A program made the translations under genes and the position numbers. The notes beneath the pieces are model-generated. The model was given only the letters and a program-made list of their open reading frames with translations, made no database searches and was not told the DNA's origin. A DNA stretch of 64,000 nucleotides from Callorhinchus milii (Eukaryota). This document shows positions 52,986-64,000 of the stretch, in pieces. The first letter of the stretch is position 1. Each line of letters starts with the position of its first letter. The DNA is taken from assembly GCF_018977255.1 (NCBI RefSeq), contig NW_024704743.1, positions 57,724,001 to 57,788,000 of the forward strand. The letters run 5' to 3'.

Positions 52986-53861
52986 GTACTCTAAGCTCCA
53001 TCTTTATACTACCTTTATCGAGCTTCAGTAAAACTACCTTTGCAAGCTGGGTAATGAATTAACAAACTAACCAATTTGTATAAATAATCACATTTAATTA
53101 CACAGACTATATAGCAATGAAATGAGCCATTTGGCCCAACTAGTCCTTGCTGTTTCCACTCAGCATGAGGCTACACCTTACCTAATCCCTTCCTAATTTT
53201 CTCCCATATCCTTCTATTCCCTTCTTGCTCTTAAATGCAATGTTTCCTCTTATGACTGTGCAGAAACAGTTTAACACTGCTACATAATTACAATCAATAC
53301 TCAAATCCTGCTGTATGAGGCTCCAGGTTGAACATGACGGGTGTATTCTATTTGTAAAATAAAACTCCAGTTCCTATTGTTTCTTACATCTACTCTAGTG
53401 ACCTATTTGAGCTTCACCTTTCTCCTCCCCAGAAGTTGTTTCATGTTTCCTCCTTCCCACAATATACCCGTTGCAGGGTAGAAATACCATCCCACAGAAG
53501 ATTGAAAGACCCTTTCTGTGAATTTGATTGGATCAACAAGCTACACTCAACAACGACTTACATTTATATGGAGCCTTTCACAGAGGATGAGAGTCTTAAA
53601 ATGGTCAAATTATTTTCGGCCTTTTTAACAAGCCACATTGGTCCTCCCTTTTTTGTCGTTGAAAATCCCAATCACCTGACCCCTACATTTGGACTCTAAT
53701 ATTAACCTGGAAAATCCTAGATTCAATCAAGCGCTCTGGGATGCTACCCTACGTAGGTAGCATTATATAAATGCAAGTTGTTGTTGTTGTTGTTGAATCA
53801 CTTCTCATTGCTTGTGATTGTGAATCACATAGAAAGGTAATGTGCCCTTTTTTGTTACTAG

Positions 53862-54036
53862 GATGCTCAGTGTGGAGTTGGTACGAGGTTTCGAAATATT
53901 TCATGTGTTGTGTTTGATGGATCCAGTGAAGGTCCCGGGCAGACAGTTGATGAGGAATTCTGTGGGGACCTGGAGCCTATGGTGGATGGAGATACCCATA
54001 TAGTCCTTCAGGAGTCATGTACTGTCCCATGCCCAG
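53862..54036 (+). CDS. THSD7A: THSD7A coding exon (175 nt): DAQCGVGTRFRNISCVVFDGSSEGPGQTVDEEFCGDLEPMVDGDTHIVLQESCTVPCP(G)
   Basis: Acceptor tttgttactag, donor G|gtacag; phase 0 to 1. Confidence 0.95.
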
Positions 54037-56094
54037 GTACAGCGGGACTTTCTATAGCAACAACTTATATTGCATCTTTCAAACATGGAAATCAGCTCAA
54101 AGCACTTTAGAGAGACAGAGTGAGAGTGCAAGCATTGTGGGAATAAAGGAAGAAGGTAAGAAGAAGATGGCTGAAGGAGCAGTGAAAGAGTCGGGATTTA
54201 CATGTGATTTAAAAGCAGAGAGAGAGAGGAGAGGGATTTAGAGAGAGAGTTCCAGAGAGGAGTTTAAAGCGACATTCTTTGGAAGACATAAGAAAAACAT
54301 ACGTTGTATGGTCGAGTTATGCCTAAGAGACAGGATCTTAAATGCTGCTAACTCAGGAGGAGTGTACTGACAATTTGTGCTTTTGGCCTTTTTTCTTGAT
54401 TCTGTTAACATTATTTGGGCAGCGATATGGGCAGTGTTCCAAAGATTTCACATACACAAACCCAACTAAAATGGAGCGAAGATGTGTGACCTCTGCAACA
54501 AGAACAAATTTGTATAACATCAGGAGGACTTCCTAAAGTGCTGGACAGTCCAGGGTTTGCACCTGTGCTGGGGGAATTTTAAATTCTGTCATAATTTGGA
54601 AGCCTATTTTTAAGTGCTGCAGAAAATTGCCTTCCAAATTACCAATGAATTTACGAGTTTTGCACAAATCTACTCTTTTTTGAAAATTACTACAAAGTAG
54701 TCTTACAGTGCAAGGCTTCCATTCTTTAGGGATTGATAGAAAGCCTGAGATTGTGCTGTAGCATTTCATTCTCCCTTATGGCTGTCATTTAAGTGAGTCT
54801 GCAGCAGAGTGCTTTCTGTAATTCAGCATCAAATCGTCAGTCTCACACGCAGTATAAGGGTAGCTGGTGTGTGAAATGGAGAATGTCACTCTGCAGTAAA
54901 AGGTTTTAGACTTGGATTTGGGGTTATATAAGATTGCATATAAACATTCAAATTGAAAATAAATGCACCGAAAGCCATTTAATCATCCATTCAGCAATTC
55001 ATGTCAGATTTATGTGCCATCTCCTCCAGTAGCAGATCCATTCAGAGCAGAAAGCTGGATTTAAATTTCCTGCTCCGAGTACTTATTGTCAGGATCTGAG
55101 GAGAGCTTTGCATTGCTGAGCTTCACTAACGAATACTAGTTTGTTTGTCATTAAACAGTTGGTCACACATAATAATAAAACCAGTCCGTTAAAGCTTATT
55201 GGGCCATTCACAAAAAACAACTAATAATAGATCATATTTGTACACCAAAGTGATTAGCCTTCTAAAGTATCCTGTTGTCTTCAGGTGAGACTTGCGGTTA
55301 AGTTGCTATTGGGTGAAAATTGAGAAACATAGTAATTTTCACTACTGTGCTGAGCAAATATATTGATTGGGGTGTGGGGGCTGTTGTCCTCGCCTCAGTC
55401 ATTTTTTATTTAGCTTGGACCAGAAGTCTGAGTCACTGGGGTGAATGGGTAGTGGATCAATACATTAGAGTTCTACATTTCGCTCTGAAAGTCATACACT
55501 TACATGAGATGTCGCGGAGATGTATTACGGCGCTATATATCAAATGCGACGATTATTATATTCATACTATAGCGAATACAAATCTATTAATTATTCATTG
55601 CTGAATCAGCAAGGCCCACATGAATATCATTCCGCAAAGCTCTTCTGGGTTTCATTTTACTCTGGATATGAACCTATGTTTCCCAATAGATTTTGTTCTA
55701 TTTCATTGTTTTTAATTATATTATTTGTGTATCTTACTTATATACTCACATTGTGTGCCCGGACCTCTGCCAATCCTACCAGTTGACAGACAATAGAACA
55801 CATAAATTTAATGGTGTCTTTCGATGTTGCTTCATAACTGAGATTGTGAATTATGATAATAATAATCACTTTAGTGTAAACATAAAACCCTTCACAATGG
55901 CACATGATCCATATATTACCTCCTGCTATTATTATTGCAGGTTTGCAGTAATAATAAAAAATTATTGGTCATGCGCACACATAATATTCAGACTTTATTG
56001 GATGTCTTCTGTTATAAGAACATTCAGGACCCAAAAAGGCTATTGCAGTTCATCTGGCTAGTCCATCAATGTTTGACTGTAATGTTATTTATAG

Positions 56095-56268
56095 GCGACT
56101 GTTACCTGACAGAATGGTCCAGGTGGAGTACCTGCCAGCTGACCTGTGTGGATAATGAGGATCTTGGATATGGTGGAGTGCAAGTACGGTCCAGGGCAGT
56201 GATTGTCCAGGCCCTGGAGAACCAGCATTTCTGCCCAGAGCAGACACTGGAGTCCCGCGAGTGCACAG
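56095..56268 (+). CDS. THSD7A: THSD7A coding exon (174 nt): DCYLTEWSRWSTCQLTCVDNEDLGYGGVQVRSRAVIVQALENQHFCPEQTLESRECT(D)
   Basis: Acceptor ttatttatag, donor G|gtaggt; phase 1 to 1. Confidence 0.96.
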
Positions 56269-56612
56269 GTAGGTAGAGTGGTCCTCACAACTTCCTGCAG
56301 GAAAGGACACATCTATGTTGCTTCAACATGATCTGTAATGAAGAACAATGTGTTAAAGGGTTGGTAAAACTACTGCCTAATGGAAAACTGAGATGTACAG
56401 ACCAGGAAAGTTTGCAAATTTAATTCCTAAACTGTTTTGACTTCATTGATCACAATCGAGACAGCAGTTTGGGCACAAGATTTAAAAATATAAAAAATAT
56501 AAAAATAATAACGCGCTATATTAAACCAAAAGTATTATTATTATTACAGTTCGCCTCAGTAGCACAGGCTTAGGGAGGGGAAAATGAGTCCTGGCTCCCA
56601 CTCATGCTTGTG

Positions 56613-56930
56613 GCCGGGCTTTCAGCCTCTCTGCTCTAAACTTGCATTTATATAATGCATTTATATAATGCTACCTACGTAGGGTAGCATCCCAGATGGA
56701 CCTCCAACCCACAGTCCCTTTGCATCGCTTCCTCCCTTTCCTCCTTCGAGGTCGGTCTCAAGACCTTTCTTTTCAACCATGCCTTTGGTCTCCCTCCCAC
56801 CTCTCTGCCTTCCCTCACCTCTACACCACCCCTCCCCCACGCTCGGGCCCCGACACCTGACTGTTCAGCGCTTTGGGACGTCCTCCCGATGTGAAAGGCA
56901 CTCTATAAATGTAATTTTGTTGTTGTTGTC
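56613..56930 (+). mobile_element. L2 3' end interrupted by a short minus-strand L2-type tail (56638-56696)
   Basis: ggccgggctttcagcctctctgc | insert | tgg...tccttcgaggtcggtctcaagacctttc...cgctttgggacgtcctcccgatgtgaaaggcactctataaatgt(ttg)n. Confidence 0.8.
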
Positions 56931-57344
56931 CAGTAACTCCCTTCTGGAAAACGAGTCCAACATTCAACCTTCTGGGTTTTAGAACCTTGTCCTGCACCTG
57001 CTGTTGCCTTCACTCACTAGGACATTAAAGAATTGTATTGGCATGTTCATGCTTAGACATAATGTATGTAATGTTTGAAAATCATCAATATAAAATGCAA
57101 GGATTATTGTAATGTCCTGCAAAAAATTACAGTATTCAGGATGTCAGGAAGTTTCTGATCAACAAACCACAGAAGGAGTTTAACTGAATCTTATGCTTCT
57201 CTCTCTCTCCCTCCCCAGTCAGATCTATTCCATCAAATGTAATCTGACATTCTTTGAAGTGGAAAGATTTGCATCTCAAAATGCAATTAATAAATGTTTT
57301 AGCATCACATTATTTCTAATTGAAACCCATATAATAATCATTCA

Positions 57345-57720
57345 TAACAATAATAAGACTTGCATTTGATATAACACTTATATAACATTAAAAATGCTTA
57401 AGGTACTTCACAGGTAATTGCTGTGAAATGTAGTGACTGTTTTTGTAAGCAAATATGATAGCCATTTTGCACACAGCAAAATCTTATAAACAACCATGAG
57501 ATGAATGGTTAATTTATCTGGATAACGATGAGCAGGACAAAACTCCTTTCGGTTTTGAAATAGTCTCTTTGGATCTTTGATGTCCACCTGAAGAAGAGAC
57601 GGACTTGGTTTTAATGCCTTGTTCAACAATACAGGTGGCACCTTTGATTGTGCAATGCTGCCCCAGCACTGCCCTTGGTTGTTAGGCTGGAGTATGAGCT
57701 CAAGTGCTAAAGTCCATGGT
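57345..57720 (-). mobile_element. Deu-domain SINE, minus strand
   Basis: Reverse complement of the 49851-50205 family. Confidence 0.75.
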
Positions 57721-57727
57721 TAAAGTT

Positions 57728-57975
57728 TCAGCTGGATCAGTTGGTAGGATTCTCACCTCTGAGCCAGAAGGTTGTGGGTTCAAGCACCAGGTCAGGACTT
57801 TGAACTCACAGTCTAGGCTGACAATCCAAAGCAGTGCTGGGGAAGTTGCTGCATTGTCAGAGGTGCCGTCCTTTGGATAAGACGTTAAACCTGAGTGCAT
57901 GTCTGTGTGTTCAGGTGGACGTTAAAGATCCCATGCCACTATTCAAAAGAAAGGGAGTTTCTCACAGTGTCATGG
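57728..57975 (+). mobile_element. Deu-domain SINE, tRNA-like head and 5' half
   Basis: ctggatcagttggtag...gggttcaagc (A/B boxes)...gaggtgccgtcctttggataagacgttaaacc...ggtggacgttaaagatcccatg. Confidence 0.8.
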
Positions 57976-58678
57976 TACATTATGATGGTACCGCAATAAC
58001 AGTGTGATTATACAGTAGAGGTGACTTTGAGTGTGGTTTAAAGCACAGGGCACAGCAGGTGCAGGCTTAGTAAACATATACTCAGTTACATACCACAAAT
58101 TGTTTTCCAAAGCCAAAACCAGAAAATGATGGAAATCTGCAGCAGGTTAGAAAAGTGATAGTTTAATGTCACATTTTATCCAATTTGGACCCCCCCCCAC
58201 CGCTTGTGATGCTAATAAAGTCAGTTTGGCCCATCATGTCCATGACAACTTCCTAAAAGAGCTAATCAATTAATCCTACTCCCTACCCTATAATATCTCC
58301 ACTTTTTTTCTCAGTTATATATTTTTTAAATATTTGTCCAATTTTCTTTGAATAGCTACATCCTGCTTCAACCACAATTTATGGGAGAGCATCAATGTCC
58401 CAACAAACCTCTGTGTTTAAAGAAATTAAGACAGAGGGTTAACATCTCCCTTAGTTATTTTGATAATAATGTTAAATTTAAGCCCTCTAGCTACTGGATC
58501 ATCGACTTGCGGAAATAGTTTCTCCTGACTTACCAGCCCAAACCTCATGATTATAACACTTCTCTTGTTTCTCCTCCCAGCTGGATTTGTTCCTGTAAAT
58601 ACATGATTGTAAGAAAGTTTTTTTTTATAGCCTGATTATTCTAGTTCTGATAAAAGACAGACCTGAAAGGTTAACCTC

Positions 58679-58792
58679 ATAATAATAATAATCCTTGCAT
58701 TTGATATAGCGCTTTATCGTGTCTTCGAGATGTCTCAAAGTGCTTCACAGAATATACTGTAAAGTGAATTGACTGTATATTTTGTAGGCAAA
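58679..58792 (-). mobile_element. SINE 3' fragment with (TAA)n tail
   Basis: Nearly identical to 26912-27010. Confidence 0.8.
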
Positions 58793-59090
58793 ATATTCTC
58801 TTTATTCTCTTTGAAATCCTGATGAATCTGTTTTGAATTTCCAGTATTTCTATTTTCCTTATTGTTTTCCTTTTTTCAAATCTTTTTAATCCTGGAATGA
58901 ATAAACAATATGTTTCACAGATTTTAGAGTGCTTTCTTTCAACTGATTCCCACACGCCCCGTGTGCTTATTTTTGATGCCTTAAAGCACAGTAGACATCT
59001 CAGAGGCTGTTTCACCAGATACTGCTTGCTGTGATTGTATGATGGGATATGATGGATCTCTTGCCTCTTATTTATGATGGTTTCTTATAG

Positions 59091-59186
59091 ATGGTCGGTG
59101 TTATGAATATATCTGGCTAGCCAGTGCATGGAGGGGATCTTCCCGAGCAGTATGGTGCCAAAGGTCAGATGGACTAAATGTCACAG
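59091..59186 (+). CDS. THSD7A: THSD7A coding exon (96 nt): GRCYEYIWLASAWRGSSRAVWCQRSDGLNVT(G)
   Basis: Acceptor tttcttatag, donor G|gtataa; phase 1 to 1. Confidence 0.95.
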
Positions 59187-60529
59187 GTATAAACAGCATT
59201 TTTATTTTCTTCATGCATCAATAAAACACTGTCATTATCAATGATTTCCTGAAATCCCCTTCCATCAAGCGCTTGTTCATTGTGGGCCACATCCTGTGCA
59301 ATGTTATTTTCCTCCCCTGTTACTTACAGCACACACAACTGAGTGACATGTGCAGGGCTTGAGACCTAGAGGATCTGAACAGGAAGTTACAATTCAATGC
59401 ACTTGTGTGTAATTGTCGTTTATGTTTCCAGTGTTCTGCTAACACAAAAAAAAGGCTGGAGCTCCAGTGATGAATCTGTGGAACCACATAATCCAGAAAT
59501 GGGCCGAGTTCAATCTTTGATCTGGGTTGAATTAAATAGTGTGAGCCACCACAGCTTATGTTAGAATTAATTTTGATGACCTTGACTATTGAGTAGTAAG
59601 TCGGTCGGGGGCTTGGTCCTCAGACTCAGAATATCTCATGGTCTTAGCCTTAAAACCATTATCTTAAAACTTAAGATCATGCAAAGTATTGGAAAATTCT
59701 TCAATTTATTCCAAATGTGGCAACCAAATTCTGCACAGTCTTATATTTTAAGAGATCTTCAGGCTAAGATCATGAAAATCTGGGGGTCTTGCATCCTTTT
59801 TCATTGACAATCTGCTGGAAACGTGTGTGCATATGTGGGTCTGCATTAAGATGATCAATGAAAATAGAAATTCCATTCCAGACACAGCTAAATCGCCATA
59901 TGTGGAATTCTCAGACTGAAAGATTACAACAAGTTGCATTTGTAAAGTGCCTTTCACATGGAGTAGCATCTCAGAGGGTTTAAACAATAGCGGGGCTTGA
60001 CTCCAAACCAGGAAGATAGAGGATGCACGGTCAAAGCAGAAGGTCTTTAGGTGGAAACTAAATACTTGCCAAGAGGGGGCAAGGTAGACAGATTGATGTA
60101 GGAAGTTTCAGGGCATAGTGGCTGAAAGCATGGTTGCTGTTGGTGGAGCGGACGGGACGAGGGACGATTAAGCATGGTGATGAGCTTCCACTGACCAAGA
60201 AAAATACACAAAATAGCAATATTTTCACTATGGGCTTATTACTGGAAGATCAACGTTTCTAGCAAACAGTTTAAAACAAACCCTCTATTGAGCGAGGACA
60301 GGATTGAGTTTGGTTGCGTTGCTTCTCACTCGTATTCATTGTCCATGAAGCTACATGAAAAACAACCACTTAGTAAGATCCCAGATCTCTGTTAACATCT
60401 GTGGAACCTTGACCAAACACGAAGAGAGGACAGACGAGAAGAATATTTGGATAAAAAATATTTCCAAGCAGAAAACTGATAAAAGAAAAATTACCACTGA
60501 TAATTGGTCTGCAGAATCGTCCACTTCAT

Positions 60530-60742
60530 TTCAAATAGTGTCATGGATATTTAACATCCATCTGAACTGACAACGCCTCAATTTAACATTTCATCGGAAG
60601 GACAACACCTCCACCAATGCAGCACTATCCCAGTAACACACTAAAGCAGCTGTCTAGACTGAGATCAAAGTCCTGACATGAGGCTTGACCCCACAACCTT
60701 CTGATTCGGAAACAAGAATGCTACCAATTAAGTCAGACTGAC
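60530..60742 (-). mobile_element. Deu-domain SINE, 5' half
   Basis: atagtgtcatggatatttaacatccatctg...cacctccaccaatgcagcac...ccacaaccttctgattc...ctaccaa. Confidence 0.7.
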
Positions 60743-61015
60743 AAACAGTACTATCGGTCTCAAGAAAGGCTTAACTACAATATTCTGTAAACACAGTGTA
60801 CTGTAAATGAATAACCTCTGTCTGTCTTGTTTGATCAATCTTCAAAATTTGACTTCTAAGATTACTTGTGTGACTCTGAAATTATAAAGTTGCCTGTTTG
60901 AGCTTACAGATTTCATTTTAGAAACATTAATATTGAAACATTATTTATGATATAATGGAAAGACCATTGCAAGTAAATTGTTCCCTGTCGTTAAACTGAA
61001 TTTTCTGCTCTGTAG

Positions 61016-61098
61016 GTGGCTGCTCTGCAGTGAACCAGCCTTATGGTGATAGATCATGCAACCCGCCATGCAGTAAACCTTACTCCTACTGCACTGAG
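61016..61098 (+). CDS. THSD7A: THSD7A coding exon (83 nt): GCSAVNQPYGDRSCNPPCSKPYSYCTE
   Basis: Acceptor ctgctctgtag, donor GAG|gtaagt; phase 1 to 0. Confidence 0.95.
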
Positions 61099-61253
61099 GT
61101 AAGTTTCAGCTACCGAGACATTCCTGTTTAATGTTTTTGCTCTTCCATTTTGATCATGTAGTTTTCTGTAATACCAAATACTGATTTTTTGGGCTAAAAT
61201 TAAAATCATTGCAAAAGATATAAAAATATTCATTTTTTTCGACCACTGTCCAG

Positions 61254-61467
61254 TCTGGAGTTTGTGCCTGTGAGGAAGGCTACACGGAGGTGATGACATC
61301 TGACAGTTTGCTGGACCAGTGTACTATGATCCCTGTGTTGGAGATCCCTTCAGTGGAGGATAAGAAAGCAGACGTGAAGACGAGCAGAGCCAGCAACCCA
61401 ACCCAAGAGTCCGACAAGAAACAAGGGCGTGCAGGGAGAACATGGTTCCTTCAGCCCTTTGGACCAG
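61254..61467 (+). CDS. THSD7A: THSD7A coding exon (214 nt): SGVCACEEGYTEVMTSDSLLDQCTMIPVLEIPSVEDKKADVKTSRASNPTQESDKKQGRAGRTWFLQPFGP; last exon before the transmembrane exon
   Basis: Acceptor cactgtccag, donor G|gtcaga; phase 0 to 1; follows a 155-nt intron. Confidence 0.96.
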
Positions 61468-64000
61468 GTCAGATAAAAATACACACTGTTGATCTCAGTC
61501 TGTAATTCACGGGAAAAGGTCTTTGACTATACATTTATATTTCTCTACCCAAAAAGTAGCATTAATTAAAATGCTTAGAATAATTATATGTATCAATTTT
61601 TACACAGTCAATCAGCAAAAATGTGTCAAAGCTATGTTGTTTATATAGTTGCATATTCTTTTTAAAAAAATATTCAGTACAAAAAGTTACTGATGTAATT
61701 ATAAATGTGTTTTATATTCAGCGATGTATTCAAAATTCAACACTGAATATTCCAAGCTGTTGATAAACATTTTGTTAACGTAAACCTGCAAATGTAATTG
61801 AACGATATGAATATTGTACAATTATAAAACTGTATTTATCATTCATTCATGCTTAATCACTGGAAACTTTGTTCAACAACAATTTAATGCTCATGGCTGC
61901 ATTTTAATGCTACAACTAAATCTTAAAATTGTTTTCTCAAATTATGGAGTGCTAACATTGAAAAGATCTTTGCAAATATGCTATTCTTCTTAACTAGTTT
62001 AAATGCATTGGCAGATCCCATGGTTTTCCTACTTATCTAATAATATGATTGCATGAAGCACTGACTGACTGGTGTAAAGATATAGTTTCTGAGCAAAACA
62101 ACAGCCAATCTTGAAAAAAAAATGTTGGAACAAATCAGTGGCAGAAGGGAAAATCTAAAGGTCTGGAGTAGATTTTGTGGCACAGACTGTTAGAATAAAG
62201 CAAGTCATACCATCAGACAGTATTCCTGGCTCCATAGGCTGGGATTATCAAGTTATCACTGCATTGAATTATAATTTCAAAAAGAGCTGAATAACTATCT
62301 GTTTGGGAATAGAGTTGAATATTTCGATAGTGCATCTGAGCTGAACAATTATTCAGTTGAGCTGAGTTGAATAAAGGGACACAGTGCAACTAGGACTAGG
62401 GCAATGACCTCTATTAAAAGAAGGAGGCCAGGTTTCAATATTGGAGATGTGGATACCTCTTCTGGAGTTTTTGTTTGATTTCCTTTGGGGATTTTGGAAT
62501 ATCTATGCTGAGTTTCTTCCTGGTAGAGTGAGTGCAGGAGAGGTCTGGGAGACAGAATAGTTTTCACCTGGTTTGTAAAATTAATAGGCTGCATGAGCTG
62601 AATGATCTCTTCCTATTATGAGTAGTATGTTTATTTCCTCTCGAAGGTTCAGCCTCCTGCTGCAGCATTCCCATAATTGTTTGAGGAAGTCTGTTACTTT
62701 ATCAGAATCTCTTCCTATGTTTCCATTAATCCCTGACTCTTAGCCAGCCATAGTTTGGTCCATTGACTGCAATTCATTCCAGATATCTGTGATCTCTGAC
62801 CTTAAAGCTGTTTGAGATTTTGATCCAACCCAATGCTCAGTCATATCCGTTCCCATTTTCTGCAGCTCTTTCAATACTTATTGCACTGTGATCTTTTCCT
62901 TCCCATGCCAAACCTAATGAAATCTTCAAACCAGTCCATTGTAGTTTCACCCCATCTGCCACATCCTTTGCCCTTTATTTGCTGCTGTTTCTGCTCCCAA
63001 ATATCACATTTCTTAAGATCACTGAGGTCTCATCTCCAGGTCATCATTGTCTTTCTTTAGCTCAAGTTTCTCTCGCAGCCATTCCACCACATCAGCCTCG
63101 TCAAAGGTGTAGTCTAGTTCCAAACTGATTTTGCTCAGTGTTTTGTTTTTGAACATTAGACCTAAACCAGTTAAAAATGAAACCAGGAAACATTTCTTCA
63201 GGCCAATAGCTGTGAGAAATAGATAGCATAAAATGTTTTGCATAAAATGGATTGCATAAAATGCACTTTAAATCATATCATATCCTGTTAAAGTACACTA
63301 AATGTGAAGATAAAAGGTTCAGTCATTTGTTCTTTGCTGTGATGCTACCAGAGCCACTTGATGGTCTCCAGCACAAACTTACTTGCATTAAATTTCAATA
63401 AAATAATCTTCAAAGGCATATTTTCTCATATGTAAAAAGCGTAATAAGAAACTACAAAAAACAAAACATTATAGTATAAAATAGTTGTAACATTTATATT
63501 ATGACACGTTAATATGGCCCGTACAATTCCTACAAAATGATCAGATTCATAACACTGCAAGGTTTTATTTAATTAGCCTTCCTATAGTATAGGTGTTAAT
63601 TGTTATTGTTTGTATGCATTTCTTGGTGCATCAAATTGGTATGACAACACTGAGAGCTCCACAAGAAGGGTATTGAGCATATCAGAGATACTTGTGTATA
63701 TAGTGATCAATTCATGAGAAATAGCTTGATGTTGATTTTACAACATTAGACTCCATCACATTATCCCCTTCACAATAAAGGATCAAAACATTTAGCCAAA
63801 GCATCAGTCAATGATACCATACTGACCTCTGCTGGAAGCTGTTTGCAATGCTAGCACATTGATGCCCATCAATAGATATTCAGGGAACATACTCAAACAC
63901 AATCTCCATGCACACCGCAAATGTAGAATCTACCAAATATAGAAATGATGGCATAAAGCAACTAATTTTCAAACCCCAGGTTTTTCTGATCAATAGTTTC

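Larger units (their letters stand above)
8210..61467 (+). other. THSD7A: THSD7A gene, internal portion (20 coding exons, 2976 nt spliced); 5' and 3' ends outside the window
   Basis: The spliced translation is a tandem array of TSR1 modules (WSxWSxCSxTC, CxxxC). It is collinear with human THSD7A as I recall it, e.g. CSGKTTEGKQ, GMQTRKVICVRVNVGQVGPKKCPESLRP, WKTHKWRRCQLVPW, CSKSCGSGVKVRSKWLREKPYNGG, GRTWFLQPFGP. All introns are GT-AG and all phases match. Confidence 0.96.

Noticed and set aside
2255..58792. Recurrent aataatccttgcatttgatatagcg motif as a CRISPR-like or regulatory array
   Set aside because: The copies are dispersed, irregularly spaced and on both strands. They are SINE/L2 3' tails in a vertebrate genome.
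61468..64000. Transmembrane exon (DGRLKTWVYG...) or gene end
   Set aside because: Not found. The region contains only decayed CR1-like and AT-rich intronic sequence.

Overview
This is vertebrate genomic DNA, AT-rich and dense in repeats, not a prokaryotic locus. The window lies inside one + strand gene, THSD7A (thrombospondin type-1 domain containing 7A). I traced 19 conventional GT-AG coding exons plus one 6-nt microexon (41240-41245, Ala-Gln). They splice into an uninterrupted 2976-nt (992-codon) frame, with phases consistent at every junction, running from '(G)EVVDSNPCREAIYPIP' to 'GRTWFLQPFGP'. The 5' exons and the transmembrane/cytoplasmic exons lie outside the window. The introns hold Deu-domain SINEs with L2-type tails, a tRNA-headed SINE, L2 and CR1 LINE 3' fragments (some nested) and an unclassified ~450-500 bp repeat in 5 copies. 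This repeat content points to a cartilaginous fish, possibly a chimaera such as Callorhinchus (inference). Most ORF-track entries are spurious or are partial read-throughs of exons and LINE fragments. The most notable observations are the SRRM4-type microexon, KAD in place of the mammalian RGD motif, a perfect 41-nt inverted repeat bracketing two exons, a young L2 insertion and several hairpins. I found no evidence of a wholly new multi-gene system. Repeat coordinates are approximate (about +/-20 nt). Comparisons to human proteins and repeat consensuses are from memory, not from a search.
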